From Octopus vulgaris (lineage: Eukaryota), in the NCBI GenBank assembly GCA_951406725.2, contig OX597821.1:16306001-16370000 (forward strand): a DNA stretch of 64,000 bases. The letters run 5' to 3'. The notes beneath the pieces are model-generated. The model saw nothing but the letters and a program-made list of their open reading frames with translations. It did not search any database and was not told the DNA's origin. The position numbers were made by a program, and so were the translations under genes. Positions 39,681 through 53,721 of the stretch are shown here, piece after piece (position 1 is the first letter of the stretch; each line of letters begins with the position of its first letter).

Positions 39681-39735
39681 TACGTACATACATACGAGCT
39701 TTTTCAGCGTTTCTTTACCTAATCCACTCACAAGG
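39425..39735 (-). mobile_element. SINE family A-related, old
   Basis: ggtacttattct.tcgg..gggacgtaaacacaccag..(CA)n..aatccactcacaagg. Confidence 0.7.
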
Positions 39736-40301
39736 TGTTCAATCTTAAATAGACGCCTGAATAGCAGGGGCTGGGCCTAGACTCAGAAACTAGAAGGCTA
39801 TACCTACACAATGTACTTATTTTTGTTGGCAATTTGAAGTGCCAACCGCTCCTTTTACCCTTGGGGACTATTGGTGAGTAGATTTGTGTGTCACATAATA
39901 TAATATATTTTACTTTCTGTTTATTTTAAATTGGCGTTCATTAAAATTCCAGAAATACGTCAAAAGCAGAAATTAGAAAGATATAATGATCAATTAATCA
40001 GAAACCCTAAGACACAATTTCGTTTGCTTTAAAATATTGTTTATATCTGTTTTTGCAAAATAAATGCATATGCTTGTTTTCTTGAATAACGATAGCTTCA
40101 AATAGAAACATACTATTTTCACTTCCATTAGTAACTAATATTTTATGGTACATATATTCATGTGTGATTATGTTTGCGTGTGAACGTGCGTGTGTTTGTG
40201 TGTGTACGCTCGTTTGTTAGAGTGTGTTGGTGAGAGTGCAGCATTATTTTTACACACATACACATACGAGCACAAGCACATATACATACGCGCACAAGCA
40301 C

Positions 40302-40332
<31 letters not shown>

Positions 40333-40333
40333 C

Positions 40334-40387
<54 letters not shown>

Positions 40388-40466
40388 CACTTATTTAACA
40401 GTATGTGTCAATATTACTTTCTGTTTCTCATTCTCTCTCTTTCTCATACACACACATTATATATAC

Positions 40467-40519
<53 letters not shown>

Positions 40520-41152
40520 ATGTATGTATATGTGTATGTATATAGTAGTGGTTGGTTGTAGGTCTCAAAGCATACACACTCGAAAAAATACACGAACGCA
40601 CGCTCAGGCACACACCAAACGCACAGAGCGAAAGAGATACAGGAAGTCATAAGATATGAGGGTTTTTTTGCACCTTTCTCTGTTTTTTTCTGTAATACGT
40701 TTTCCATGCTTGTGAGTTTACTTTTCCATAAACTTCTTTTATGAACATAACAGAAATAGCCTATAGTGGAATCCATTTAAGATATATCAAAGTAGTTTAG
40801 TTCTTAGCATAGATGATTATACTAAAAAATATAAGTGGCATATGGAGCTTCTAACTTACAACTTCCATTATTTAAGAGTAATGCTAGAGAACCATTCAGG
40901 ATGTCATTATTCGATTTGGCAGGTGGTGTGTGTTTTGTTTTATTCATATTTTTTTCAGGTATTCATTCTTCGAATATCTTTCTCGAATGCACTGTTGCAT
41001 TGACAGGTTCTACATGCTAGTACAAATTTGTTCGTGTGGAGATTTGTAAGATGTGCGTATTTCTGTGTGGATGTGCAGGTGCGTGTGTGTATACGTGTCT
41101 GTTCATGCTTACCTCTTTTTATATTTGTGCGTTTTTGTATTCAGGTATATGC

Positions 41153-41253
<101 letters not shown>

Positions 41254-41811
41254 AACATACATACACATAGAAATGCACCATCACCGCTGTCAAATGGCTG
41301 AAACATGTAAATGAATGCAAGAATGTATGTATGTATGTAAGATGTGTGTATGTAGTGTGTATGCATTCAAGTAGGTGTGTGTTTTGGCTACAATCTTCGG
41401 AATCAGACCCTTTCGTTTATCTGAAATTGTACATCTAACGGTAATGATTCTGTTGCCTCGGGTTTATAAACTATTTCTATCAAAGACTAGTACAGAATAT
41501 CACATACATTCACCAATTTGAATGTTAAAATAACATAAATATTTAATCAAATTAAGTATAACAAGACAAACTAGTAGCACACAGAATAAATGTTGGACGT
41601 GGGATCCCTTTAGGAAATTGATTGTATATTGGCGAATAAAAAGTATACAGATGCGTACTGAATATACTGGAGTTTCTAAGTTATACACGAGTCTGTTCTT
41701 TAAGCCAGCGGTTAAGTTTTTGGACGAGAAATGAACTCATGTGTCCTGCTAGAAGAGATTTAAGATTTGCATTACAAAGTAAGTGAATTGTTGCTCACTT
41801 GAAATGTATTA

Positions 41812-41852
41812 TAACTCTGAGAAGTCACATTATGACGAAAACCGGTTTGAAT
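41812..41852 (+). ncRNA. Minimal hammerhead-ribozyme-like motif (Penelope type), probably degenerate
   Basis: ctCTGAGAA-gtca-catta-tgac-GAAA-accggtt: perfect stem II and a palindromic stem III; the core deviates from CUGANGA. Confidence 0.4.
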
Positions 41853-41957
41853 TAATATATATATATTTTATCAATTTTTCAAAAATGTTTCTATACACCC
41901 ATTTTCATTAAAATTTTCTTTCAATTTAGCATTCTGCCTTTTTACAATTTTTCCTTG

Positions 41958-41998
<41 letters not shown>

Positions 41999-42000
<2 letters not shown>

Positions 42001-42330
42001 TCTTTTACTTGTTTCAGTCATTTGACTTCGGCCATGCTGGAGCACCGCCTTTAATCGAGCAACTCGACCCCGGGACTTATTCTTTGTAAGCCTAGTACTT
42101 ATTCTATCGGTCTCTTTTTGCCGAACAAGCATCTGTTGTCAAGCAATGCTAAGGGGACAAACACAGATACACAAACATACACACACATACATATATATAT
42201 ACATATATCCGACAGGCTTCTTTCAGTTTCCGTCTACCAAATCCACTCACAAGGCATTGGTCAGCCCGAGGCTATAGCAGAAGACACTTGCCCAAGATGC
42301 CACGCAGTGGGATTGAACCCGGAACCATGT
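41999..42330 (-). mobile_element. SINE family A, 5'-truncated, internal deletion
   Basis: Family-A homology. Confidence 0.9.
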
Positions 42331-42635
42331 GTTCACTCACCTTTAACCGTCTGTATTGTGAGTGACGGATTTGCTCTTTGTGAATGGTGTTTCTTTGACG
42401 GGGCGAAATTCCTGTTTGTCCAATAGAGTTTACCACATCCTATGATTGTCATGACATAGATTACATTTACTGAGGCGCAGGTGAAATTTGATTTGATCTT
42501 AAATATTTCTCCTTGTTTGAATTGGAATTCTGAACCCTCCGTATATATGTATGTATAAATGTACACACACACATGCATATACATACACATATATATATAT
42601 CGGGTAACTGCTGAATGTATATATAATTTATTTTT

Positions 42636-42830
42636 ATCTTTTACTTGTTGGTTGAGCCATTGGGTTGCAGGCCATGCTGGAAAACTGCCTTGAAGGATTT
42701 TAGTCGAACGAATCAACTCCATTAGATCCTTGGAAGCCTGATATTTATACTATCGGCTTTTATTGATGAGCCACTGGTTTACGGGAATATAATCAAAACC
42801 AACATTCGTTGTCTCGTGATGGTGGGCGGG
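42636..42830 (-). mobile_element. SINE family A-related, old 3' half
   Basis: cttttacttgtt..ggccatgctgg..gcctt..tagtcga..ctatcgg. Confidence 0.6.
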
Positions 42831-42935
42831 GAATAATGAAGAGCCGGCTATATGCATTATAAAACCAAAACGGAAAAAATTCAGTTGTCACTAGTTGTGA
42901 CTAAGGGTTCTATATATAGGACGGTGACTCTCTCA

Positions 42936-42998
<63 letters not shown>

Positions 42999-44002
42999 TA
43001 TATATATACACGACGATATACATATAGAAACGCGTTGATATGTGTGTGTGTAGACTGAAATTAGTATAAATATAATTTTATATATATATAACATATATAT
43101 ATATAATTACATATCACATGTTTGCACGTGCGTACTTGTGTGTGTATGACTTTGTACTTTACTTCACTTGTAGTATCGCACCCGAACGGATTTAATTTGT
43201 TTCTCTCCTTACACTTTGTGGTCATGAATAGAATATATTGACTCATGTTTATTGATATTGTGTTTAACATAATTCCTCTCTGAAAATACCTCTGGTCATA
43301 AATCAATCAGTGTGCTGGGTGCCATTCATTAACGTCACTGCAGAAATATGAAAGCACTATTAATACACTTACTAGATGTCGTACTGAAGGCATTATTGCT
43401 GTCAAGCTAGATTAAGGCGGTCTCCCTCAAGTACAGAGTTACTGCACATTGTTTCCAAAACCAAAAGAAATACCGTCAATATATAATTTTACATAAAGTC
43501 TTAATAACTGATGTAACATTGTGGAATGTCTAAAGGAGTAAATAGAACACAGAGAAAATATTTCTACATCACACACTGTACATCGATATTCTATCGATAA
43601 ACCGATTTTTGCGTACCTCAGTATAATCCAGATGGATTAGTGCTGTTATAAATCCGCAACTACATTATATGGCATTATTACACATACATACACACACACG
43701 CACAAATGCACACACACACACACAATTATTTATACTGACAAGGCGTGTTGAATGTAAAGCAAGGCGCTAGGTGAGAGTCACAGACAATATAATATAAATG
43801 TGAAAGCATTATGATCTGGATATGCCTAGGCGCTTTGGGAGCTTGCCTCCCTTGTCAGTCATTAAAATAAGGGCCTCTTCTGGCTATGAATTGTTTTAGC
43901 TCATTTCTTGCAATTCTGGAGCTGACTAGTGTTTTCAGTAATTTAATGACGTTATATATTTTTTACCTTTCGGTTGTAAAATTGTGAAAAAGCCACACTT
44001 AC

Positions 44003-44112
<110 letters not shown>

Positions 44113-44309
44113 TGTGTGTGTGTGTGTAGTGGGGCGGGTGTTTACGCATTTGTATTGCAATATGCGTTGAAATATATATTGTTACATTTGGGGATGGTTA
44201 TCGTTTGCCAATTAAACATACACATTATATATACGTTTGTTTGTGTGTGTGTGTGTGATGTGTGCGTTGGTTCGGTGGACCCTTCTTGATGTAGATTTAC
44301 GTATTATTT

Positions 44310-44520
44310 CTAAATGATCTTGCTTTGGTTCTCCAAAGTACTAGTCGTTATTATTGTAAAAAATACCCCAACATCTGCACTTCCAGTAAACTACCACATA
44401 GCATTTTGCCTTTCTCACATATCATTTTCTAATCTTTTACTCATAAACCTCAATGGAACTGCATTCTTCAATTCACAACAACTTTCTTCCGGTTTTTAGC
44501 AGTGCGTAAAACGTTGACAA
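44310..44520 (+). mobile_element. Possible gypsy integrase relic
   Basis: FGSPKVLV and a downstream NG motif weakly recall FG.P..IVSDNG..HP..NG; heavily decayed. Confidence 0.3.
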
Positions 44521-45189
44521 ATGGCGTATATTATAGAATCGGTTTGACTAATGTGGTATGAGTGGAATTTTCTTAACGGAAACGTGGAATTCGCTTGCAT
44601 TAATGCTAGCCGCTAAGAGATTTTAATGATACTACTCATTGGCCGTTTTCTCCTTTTAGCATCATTCATGAAAAAGTCTTTCTGAAACAAAGTTTGGACA
44701 ATGAAAACAAGAATACCAAAATGCCTTGGTTTGTCTATGGATTCTGTTTTCCGAGCAAGTCTAAATCTATGACTGTAACTATGTTTGCGAAATTTATTTC
44801 AAATATCTCGTGGCGATGTCACTTTTAGTGTCTGTAATCAATTGTGCAAATGTATGTAAATGTAATTGTATCCCTGCTGAGTTAGTGTAATATTGTCCAC
44901 AACTAATAAATTAATTTCTCTACAAGTTCTCGAATTCTAAAGAAAAGCTTAATGGAGAGAGCGAAGCTTGGAAAATTGTTATGTGAGAAATTAGTATTAT
45001 GTTTGGTGCTCTTTTTGCTTAGTTGTTTAACGGGCGGTAGCAAGTTTCCTCCACAGAACTCCTGACTCTATCTACTGTGGTTTTCTTTATGAGTAGCAAC
45101 GATATATTTCAGAGAAAGGAGACCTAAGAATGAGAATTATGATTTTGTTAAAGATATGTTGTAGTCTTGGCGATATTAATACAATCAGT

Positions 45190-45570
45190 GGAGGCGCAAT
45201 GGCCCAGTGGTTAGGGCAGCGGACTCGCGGTCGTAGGATCGTGGTTTCGATTCCCAGACCGGGCGTTGTGAGTGTTTATTGAGCGAAAACACCTAAAGCT
45301 CCACGAGGCTCCGGCAGGGATGGTGGTGACCCCTGCTGTACTCTTTCACCACAACTTTCTCTCACTCTTACTTCCTGTTTCTGTTGTACCTGTATTTCAA
45401 AGGACCGGCCTTGTCACTCTCTGTGTCACGCTGAATATCCCCGAGAACTGCGTTATGGGTATACGTGTCTGTGAAGTGCTCAGCCACTTACACGTTAATT
45501 TCACAAACAGGCTGTTCCGTAGATCGGATCAACCGGAACCCTCGTCGTCGTAACCGACGGAGTGCTTCCA
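45190..45570 (+). mobile_element. SINE family C
   Basis: Box A tggcccagtggttaggg, box B gtttcgattccc; near-identical to the other two copies. Confidence 0.94.
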
Positions 45571-45599
45571 TCACAATACAATAAAATATTCACATGTTG

Positions 45600-46330
45600 T
45601 TCCTGCGAGAAGATTTTTTTCCAGTTCTAACATGTTTCAGTTTCTTGGAATTTAAGAATGCCATTTGATATTATGCCCAAGCATCCGATGACCAAAGATA
45701 CGGTTGTCGTTCCTAGATGCTACATTTGTGAAGCCATTAATTCAAGATACTAAACTTTGCAAACATTTTCACAGTGGTGTTTTAATCTGCTACAGTTGAT
45801 GTATTTATGTGCCAACATGTTTTATTAATGTACTTTTTCTCCATAATATCTAGTCTATTGTCTTGAATAGGTTGATTACAACTAAAATCCGGAAGGACGG
45901 AGATATCTTCATTTGTTACTTATTTTGCCGGCATATATTTTCACCGCAAATATGAATGAAAGATCAGTACCCTTTTCAAGGATGCTGGATTAGTTAATAT
46001 TAGTGGTAAGACACTAAAACCGAGCTGCAATAAGGAAGCATTTTGTTTCGAATTTAAGTTCAGCTATAGACACCCGCTTATTGGTCATGTTTGTATCAGC
46101 ATCAAAACCGCTGATTCTTGTTGGGTAGTTAACATGTAATGTCTCACATTGGCATCTACTTCGCAGTTCTCATATTGTTTGAATTGGATTCATGTTTTGA
46201 TTGATGTTTTGCCTTCACCAGTCGGTTCTTTTGTTTAATCTAGTCCCGACCCAGTCAAAGAGGTTTTTGATTCCTTAATGTATTTCTTTGCTTATTCCGA
46301 TAGTAAGCGTTGTTTCTTGGTATTTCCATG
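45600..46330 (-). mobile_element. Possible gypsy pol relic
   Basis: Scattered, frameshifted RT-like words only (LFD.VG, NPIQ, LQSL). Confidence 0.25.
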
Positions 46331-46491
46331 CTTGTAGATGTAAATTCAAGCGCACATTCATTAGTTTTCTATGGATAAGTGTATTGCCGTATTTAAAGAC
46401 ATTTAAAATTCAGTATCAAAGTTGTCTCTCAGAATTTCAGACCGTTTGGTAAAAGAAAAATTATAGTAGTAACAACAACAACAACAACAAA

Positions 46492-46524
<33 letters not shown>

Positions 46525-46799
46525 CATTATCTATTATTCATTGTTTTTATTTTTATTACGTGCTTTCGGTCTTCTATCGATTACATTTCTATGTGCCTTG
46601 GATATGTGTTGTAGTTTATTTTAACGTTAATATTATTGTACTGAAAGTGTTTTACATACGATTTGTGCGGTGCCTAGTAGTGCTATATTCTGTATATTAC
46701 ATATATTCGGACGTTTTGGTTAAGTATTTAGTATTTATCTGTATGGTTTTCAGCCATGACTAATGCACCTATAATTATAGGAATTCTTTCTGATATGAG

Positions 46800-47180
46800 G
46801 CCCCACATTTGCAACTCTTCGTGAAACTATTTTACCGCAAATTGGCCGCTGAAGGCGGACGGAAACAGAACTTTAACGAGACACTCAGTGCCTCCCTGCA
46901 AAGAGTTCATGTCAACTCCGACACCTGGGAAATGGAAGCACGCGACCACCCTTCCCGAGGAAGCTGCACAAAAAGAGGTGCGAGCAGGAAAGGAAATGCG
47001 AAATGCAAAAGTCCAGAGCCAACGTCTTGCCTTCAGCCCCAAGAAACCACCGGTACCTGACCTGTGGAAGAGCTTTCTCGAGCACGCATCGAGATGATTG
47101 GCCGCAGCCGGACAAACCGTGCCCCGTCTTCTTCTCTCATGTGATGTCCGTTATCATCGTCGACAACGACAGACGGGCTA
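46800..47180 (+). mobile_element. RTE LINE 3' end relic
   Basis: LFYRKLAAEGGRKQNFNETLSASLQRVHVNSDTWEMEARDHPS..KRGA followed by TCGRAF; matches the RTE C-terminus. Confidence 0.8.
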
Positions 47181-47194
47181 TCAGTAATTGTAGT

Positions 47195-47836
47195 AGTAAT
47201 CCTTTCTACTGTAGGCACAAGGCCGGTAATTTGGTGGGAGCGGGATAATCGATCGCATCGACACCAGTACTTGAGTGGTACTTAATTTATCAATCCTTAA
47301 AGATAAAAGGCAAGTCGACCTCGTAGAAATTTGAACTCAAAACGTAGAGACGGACTAAAAGCCACTAGGTATTTTTTCGACAGGCTAACGATTCTGCCGA
47401 CTTGTCGCCTAAATAATAATAATCATTTCTACTGAAGGCACAAGGTCTGATATTTCGGGGAAGGGTACTAGTCGATTACATCGACCCCAATGTTTCTCTG
47501 GTTCTTCTACCCCGAAAGGTTGGAAGGCAAAATCGACCTCAGTGGAATTTGAAACCAGAACGTGAAGACAGACGAAATACCGCCAATCATTTTGCTCGCC
47601 GTGCTAACAATTTTGCTAGTTCGCCGCCTTAATAAAAATAATCCTTTCTAATGTCGTCATAAGAGATGAGATTGTGATGATAGGGGTTACCTTGATCACA
47701 TCGACCCCAGTGTTTCACTGGTACTTAATTTACCGACCCTTAAAGGGCGGAACTTGAACTCAGAACGTAGCGACGGGCGAAATAAGGCTAAGCATTTAGA
47801 CCTGCGTGTTAACATTTCTGCCATCTCGCCACCTTC
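47195..47836 (-). mobile_element. Three head-to-tail family-B SINEs (tail type 2)
   Basis: Units at about 47195-47412, 47415-47632 and 47635-47836, each running aatc.tttcta...cgcctt and joined by TAA-rich linkers. Confidence 0.88.
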
Positions 47837-48382
47837 ATAATAATAATAATGGTTTCAAATTTTGCCACCAGACTGCGTTAAAGACTTTTACTATAAAACT
47901 AGTACGTTCACTGTTTTACCAAGGAATGTGGGTGTCGAAAACTGTGCTTTAACATGTCTATGTAAAACTTCCATGGGAACTAGTGGTTCGATAGGAAAGA
48001 ATAATTATCGGATATAAAAATATCGACTAAAATTCTTCAAAAATATGACCAGAGTCTAATGGGTGAGACTAGATAAACATATAAAAATATGATAAACAAA
48101 TAAGAGTTGATATAACTGCCAATCATAAAAATCCATATTGCATATCAATTATTCATAACAGTATTTAATAAGCAAATGATCAATAGTCTTATATTCCTAT
48201 GTCCCGCTCTGCATATATGTTAGGAACGTAAATGTGATTACAAAATATAAAAGTGGTTTGAAGATACATGAAATGGCTTTGTTGTTACAATCGTTGCACA
48301 ATCAACTACGTACTCACCAGGTAGCTAGACACAACAAACGAAAATAATTGCAGCTTGTAATAACCGTTTATATATATATAAT

Positions 48383-48997
48383 ACAAAATGGGACAAGAAC
48401 GCAAAACATCCGGGCAAAAAGGAACAACAAAACACCCTCCCTCCACTTTTCACTTCACTGTGTCCCTGTCATTTTTTTTCTCGCCCCTCCTTAATTCTTC
48501 TGTCCCTCCGTTTCTACTTCTCTCTCTTCTCTTTCAACGTGGCCGATCGGCCAGCCTGCTCTTTCTTTGTCTGACCGTGGTCCGTGTAACATCAATATTC
48601 TTCCTTGTGCTTGCGAAATCCTTGTATCTCTGCCGTAAGACTTCATTTCCACACGCGCCAGCTTAGTTCAAATCGTCCTTAGTCGAAAGACATCTGTTAT
48701 TATTTTTGTTGCATTTTTTATTGTATTTATATTTGTGTAACATTGTCCGTTTTTTTTTTCGTCGTTGTTTTTGTATACATTCGCTGCTTTCTTCCAAGGA
48801 ATCTAATGCTCTTAGCTTAGTTTTTCCTTGGAGCTGGCCAGATTGGATCAATATCTAGAATAATCAGCCGAAATTGCGAGGATAATCTGGTTCTTGACTG
48901 AAGATAGAAAACTTCAAATGGTCCGTCCTTGTTTTCTTTGTATCGTCTATCTGAATGTTTCGTTGTCCGGATGTTTTGCATTCTTGTCCCATTTTGT
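48383..48997. mobile_element. (TA)n-embedded element with ~30 bp inverted ends (Penelope-like or MITE)
   Basis: acaaaatgggacaagaacgcaaaacatccgg at the left and ccggatgttttgcattcttgtcccattttgt at the right. Confidence 0.7.
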
Positions 48998-48998
48998 G

Positions 48999-49039
<41 letters not shown>

Positions 49040-49061
49040 GCGGCGTAGTACACTTTGTTCT

Positions 49062-49110
<49 letters not shown>

Positions 49111-51459
49111 TGACAAAGAAATATTATTCTCCCATGTGATATGACGTAATAGCGGCGTAGAAAAACTTTCATATTCTTTGGGAAGCAGATTTTATTGTCC
49201 TTATGAAAAAGAAAACAGCTTTTGATTTACTTTCACATGTTTAGGACTTAATTCTAGGTATTCGGAGGTGATTTTATTTATCTAAAATTTGCAAAAGAAT
49301 CCCTATAGAACGGTTACTGTGTGGGAGTAAATGTAAAATGTTAGTAACAGCAGGATGGGATCGAGGCCTATGTGACATGTGTGTGAGTCAGAATGTCACA
49401 CAGTATGTTTACGTATGTTTGTGTGTGGGTATATTTGCATGTGTGCTTATGATTATGTGTGTGTATGTGTAGTAGTGCAGTGTGTCTGTGTATCTGTGTG
49501 CGCATGTATGCATTTGCGTATGAGTGTGTTTGTACGTCTATGTGTGTCTGTAGGTGCAGAGCTTTTTCTACGTGCTATGATATGTGTGTACGTACTGTGA
49601 TTACGTGTGTGTTTGTATATGTGCAGTAGATATGCATATTGCAGAGGGGGCGTGGAAGTTATGCATGTGGATATATGGAATGCAAATAGAGAAAGAAAAG
49701 GGGAGAACAGCAGTGAAACGATGGATGTGAAAGAAAAACAAGTTAGAAGCTGTTACAAGGAAAAAGCAGTTGTTACGTTCAAACGGTTTATGAGTTCGTT
49801 ATATGGAAATGCACCGTTCCTTTCAGTGAAGACTTGTGGTGATAATCCTATGTATATATGTGTGTCTATGTGTGAGTGTATACACACATAGCTTTTTTTA
49901 AAGCTGCAAAAATATCACAAATAACTGTCACTCGGAATTTCTTGATAACGACTGTCCAACGAATGGGAACGTGTGACTCTGAGTCACAGCTTTTCTATGA
50001 TGTTGTTGCAGCAGCTTTTATAAAGAAGCACATAATCCTACCTTCGATTTTTTACCACCTTGTTTTGCATTTTTGTGCTTACTCGTTTGTGTGTATGTGT
50101 GTGTGTGAACGCAGTCTTAATGAAACAGCCGAATTCCTTTTATTGTCAATTTCTATCGATAATACGCTATTTGATATAACTTCTGAAATCTGTTGTGGTA
50201 TTTTTTATTGGCTTTTCGATTTCATACTAAATTATCTATAGTTCGGAATAATTAAACAGAAAATAAACTTCTATTTCTACTAAAATAGACTATATTCTCA
50301 TATTATCTATTTTCCCATTTCCAATATGAGTCTTATTTTTTCATAATATGTATTAGAGTCTAGGCTATTTTGCAAAGTTTATAACGTCGTTGAATAAACG
50401 TATAGTGTAAATTTGGCATTATTCGCTACAAAAATTCCATTAATCTCTGCAAAAGTGTGACAAAGTCAGTAGTCAGAAATGTCATAGCAGAGAGAAAAAA
50501 ATCAATATTCTCTGTTATTCAGAGTGATATTTATCTCTGAATATTATCTCACTCCCGAATTCTAAATTATCGCCAATAACGAAGCTTAAATCTTATTTTC
50601 ATGGTTTCGTTATTTTTAAAATTGTTTTCCAGATAGACTACTCATAGAATAGGAAGTAATTTTGGACACACACATGGGCACATACACAAACACATAAATA
50701 AGTGTGTGCAAGTATGTATGTGTGTATCTTTCTGTGTGTATATACGAGTTAGATTTCAGTCGTTATTGGTTCGGGTGACGTTTAAACTTAATAGAACTCC
50801 CTGGAGTAGTATCCATTATACCAAATACAGGCAAATTTCGACGAGATAAAAATTTCAAACAAATGTCCTTTAAACCTTTGCAGAATGCAGTTTATAAAGC
50901 ACGTATTTAAAGATGACATAAATGGCAAGAATCATTTCATGTATTCCATCCATAAAAATATTTTGCAAATATAGTTGTTTTTTTCTAAGGTACATGGTGT
51001 TTACAGTTAAATGGTAATATACATATTTTCTTAACATCACATTTTCTGCACAAAACCTATCATGCCAATGATGGATCGTTGTTCTAAAAATATACTCCAC
51101 CTTTCACTTAATCCCTCTACGTACGATTTAGAATGGGTATAATGTAATCTAAATAAAAACGAAAAATTCGGTGGAGTCATGTTTAGAATCCTTGTGATAT
51201 TACGCCCGCTATATTATAGCTGCTATAAGTATAAGCATCAATAACATGTCTCCTCCCGATGAAGTCAATAATCATGCTAAGATCATTAGTACAAAATTAT
51301 AAAACTTTGAAACAATCTCTTTTATTTTGGTTTGCTTTTCTTTTTTTCTAGAAACAAGAACACTCTGGAACATAGACGTATATATGTATATATGTATGTA
51401 GGTGTGTGTGTGTTGTTATGTATGCGTTTGTCCTCATCAGCGCTTGTCAACCGTCAAAA

Positions 51460-51519
<60 letters not shown>

Positions 51520-51520
<1 letters not shown>

Positions 51521-51595
51521 GACGGGCCGAGTCTGTAGTAGAAAACACTTGCCCAAGGTTGAGAAGCAAGCTTCTTACCACACAACCATGCTTGG
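51520..51595 (-). mobile_element. SINE family A fragment, collapsed
   Basis: gtagtagaa.acacttgcccaaggt..aagcaagcttcttaccacac. Confidence 0.65.
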
Positions 51596-51641
51596 AGAAT
51601 ACACAAAATCATTTCGAAATACATATATATACCGCACCACC

Positions 51642-51685
<44 letters not shown>

Positions 51686-52829
51686 ATATATATATATATA
51701 GTTATGTATGCTAATACGTATATGTTTATTTATGAACGTGCAAAATCACACGCTTTCGCATATCACAACTTTCTTTCAAGTCTTTCGTAATGCACGAACA
51801 AATACGCATACACCAACTCAAACGCAGTGTTTGCGACAAAGAATCGATTTCACCATATCAAAGATGTCAACACCATAAGAATGTATTAAATCTGGAGCTG
51901 TGTATGAACAACCACATATAAGCAGAGATACAGATGTCTAATGTACGAAATAGCAACTGTAAACCAGAATAAACAGGTATAAGACAATGTGTTCTAACAG
52001 ACACACTTATAACACAGATGTAAACATCTATATTGCTATACAGAACCGCATGCTTGAACATATACATGTCAGCTTGCTTGCTTGTGCATATGCCTGTTTA
52101 CGTATGTGTAGGAACAAATATATATATACATATATATATACGTTTATATATGCTGAGTGTGTGTATGTGTGTGAGGGTTCACAAGTGTATGTATGTATGC
52201 ATGTATTTATATATGCATGTATGTAAGTATTTGTGTATATATGTAAATGTGAAAATCTGAAGGGTGTACAAGTTTGTGTACTCAGATAGATAATAAAATT
52301 TATAAGCAAGAATGCCCGTAGATCTACAGATAGAAAATAAAAGGGTGCAATTGAATTTTATCCGTGTAAAAACTAAATCATAAATTTGAAGGCGCGGCTG
52401 AAAAGCATAGGTTTCTTCTTAAACCCACAGTAAATTTCAAATTTGAAAAACTACTGCTGACTTATGCAAAGAGATGCATAGAGTCATACACTAACATGCC
52501 CATACGCAAACCAGAGACACAACCATGAACAAAAGCAACGCACACATACATACGTATATAGTTATCTAAGAGGAGCGAGGTGAGGGGATGGGGAGTGAGA
52601 GTGAATGAACTATAGAGTGTCAGTGACTGTGACATCACTTCGAGCATGCTTTCAAATTCGCATATGCCCTACCTTTTCTTCATTTATAATACAATATCCT
52701 AGCGGCGTTTATTTCATGAGAAACATCATTTGAATATGCTTATTCATACAAGTACACAGATACACACACTGACACGCCGACACATAATAAGTAATAGTAA
52801 TAATAAATGAATAAATATATATATATATA

Positions 52830-52865
<36 letters not shown>

Positions 52866-53539
52866 CATATCTGTATATGTATGTATTATGTATGTATGTA
52901 TGTATAAAACTAGCCAAAGGCTTATAGAAGCTTTAATTTTGAAATACTCCATTAAAGATAGCTGCAAGTGACAGTGTCATTCATTGCAGGTATAATAAGC
53001 TATAGAATTGCACTAAGAAAGGCTTTCAAGAATCTGTTGCTTTACTCGAAGTATATATCATTAACGATGATTTTATTTTTTTTCTTGTTTACTTATATTT
53101 TTTGTCCTACTTTCTTTCTAATAATTGCAATAGAGGTCTATAGTAAAATTAATATACTGATAATCTCCTTTCAACAACGCACATATGCCTGAATATCGGA
53201 ACGTAACATATCAGTAGGTATCCACTGAGATAGATGGATGGATATATAGATAGATAGATAGATAGATAGATAGACATAAGGTAAATTTTTTTCGATATGC
53301 AAAATTTCTGTTGACTCCTCAAGCAGGCTTGCCATCAGTTCTGGTGAATTCCTTGTCAAAAATGTAATCGTTTTACTGTTACACATGCGCGCTAATTTAA
53401 ATTTGAAAAACTCCAACAATAACTGTTGATTCATTATTTTTCGTTCTTCGATACAGATGAGACTTTTCAAAAGTTAGTTTACATGTACACAATTTTATGC
53501 GTTCCCTGTACTTATTGATGGTTTGTATTTTCTAAATTT

Positions 53540-53721
53540 TGTCTGTCTTTATGTTCTGGGTTCAATTTTCGCCGTGGTCGACTGTGCCTTTCATCCTTTG
53601 TGGGTCGATAAATAAAGTACCGGTTTCACACTGGGGTCGGTGTAATCGAATTAATTCCTTTGTCTGTCCTTGTTTGTCCTCTCTATGTTTAGGCCCTTGT
53701 GGGCAATAAAGAAATATATAC
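53540..53721 (+). mobile_element. SINE family B, tail type 1, 5'-truncated
   Basis: TSD tttctaaattt (53529-53539 and 53722-53732); B core and gccccttgtggg tail. Confidence 0.88.

Noticed and set aside
40959-41006. Possible 48-nt exon after a strong acceptor
   Set aside because: Weak donor and too short to support.
45190-45262. tRNA genes at SINE C and D heads (also 17940-18012)
   Set aside because: Box A and B are present, but there is no proper acceptor stem or terminator and the sequence runs into the SINE body.
45272-45553. Three-copy 'MFIERKHLKL' protein family (also 35956-36207 and 55796-56047)
   Set aside because: It lies wholly inside SINE C, starts at GTG, and its conservation reflects young SINE copies.
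53171-53470. Protein-like minus-strand ORF (MNQQLLLEFF..)
   Set aside because: Runs into (GATA)n, has no convincing splice sites and no recognisable domain.
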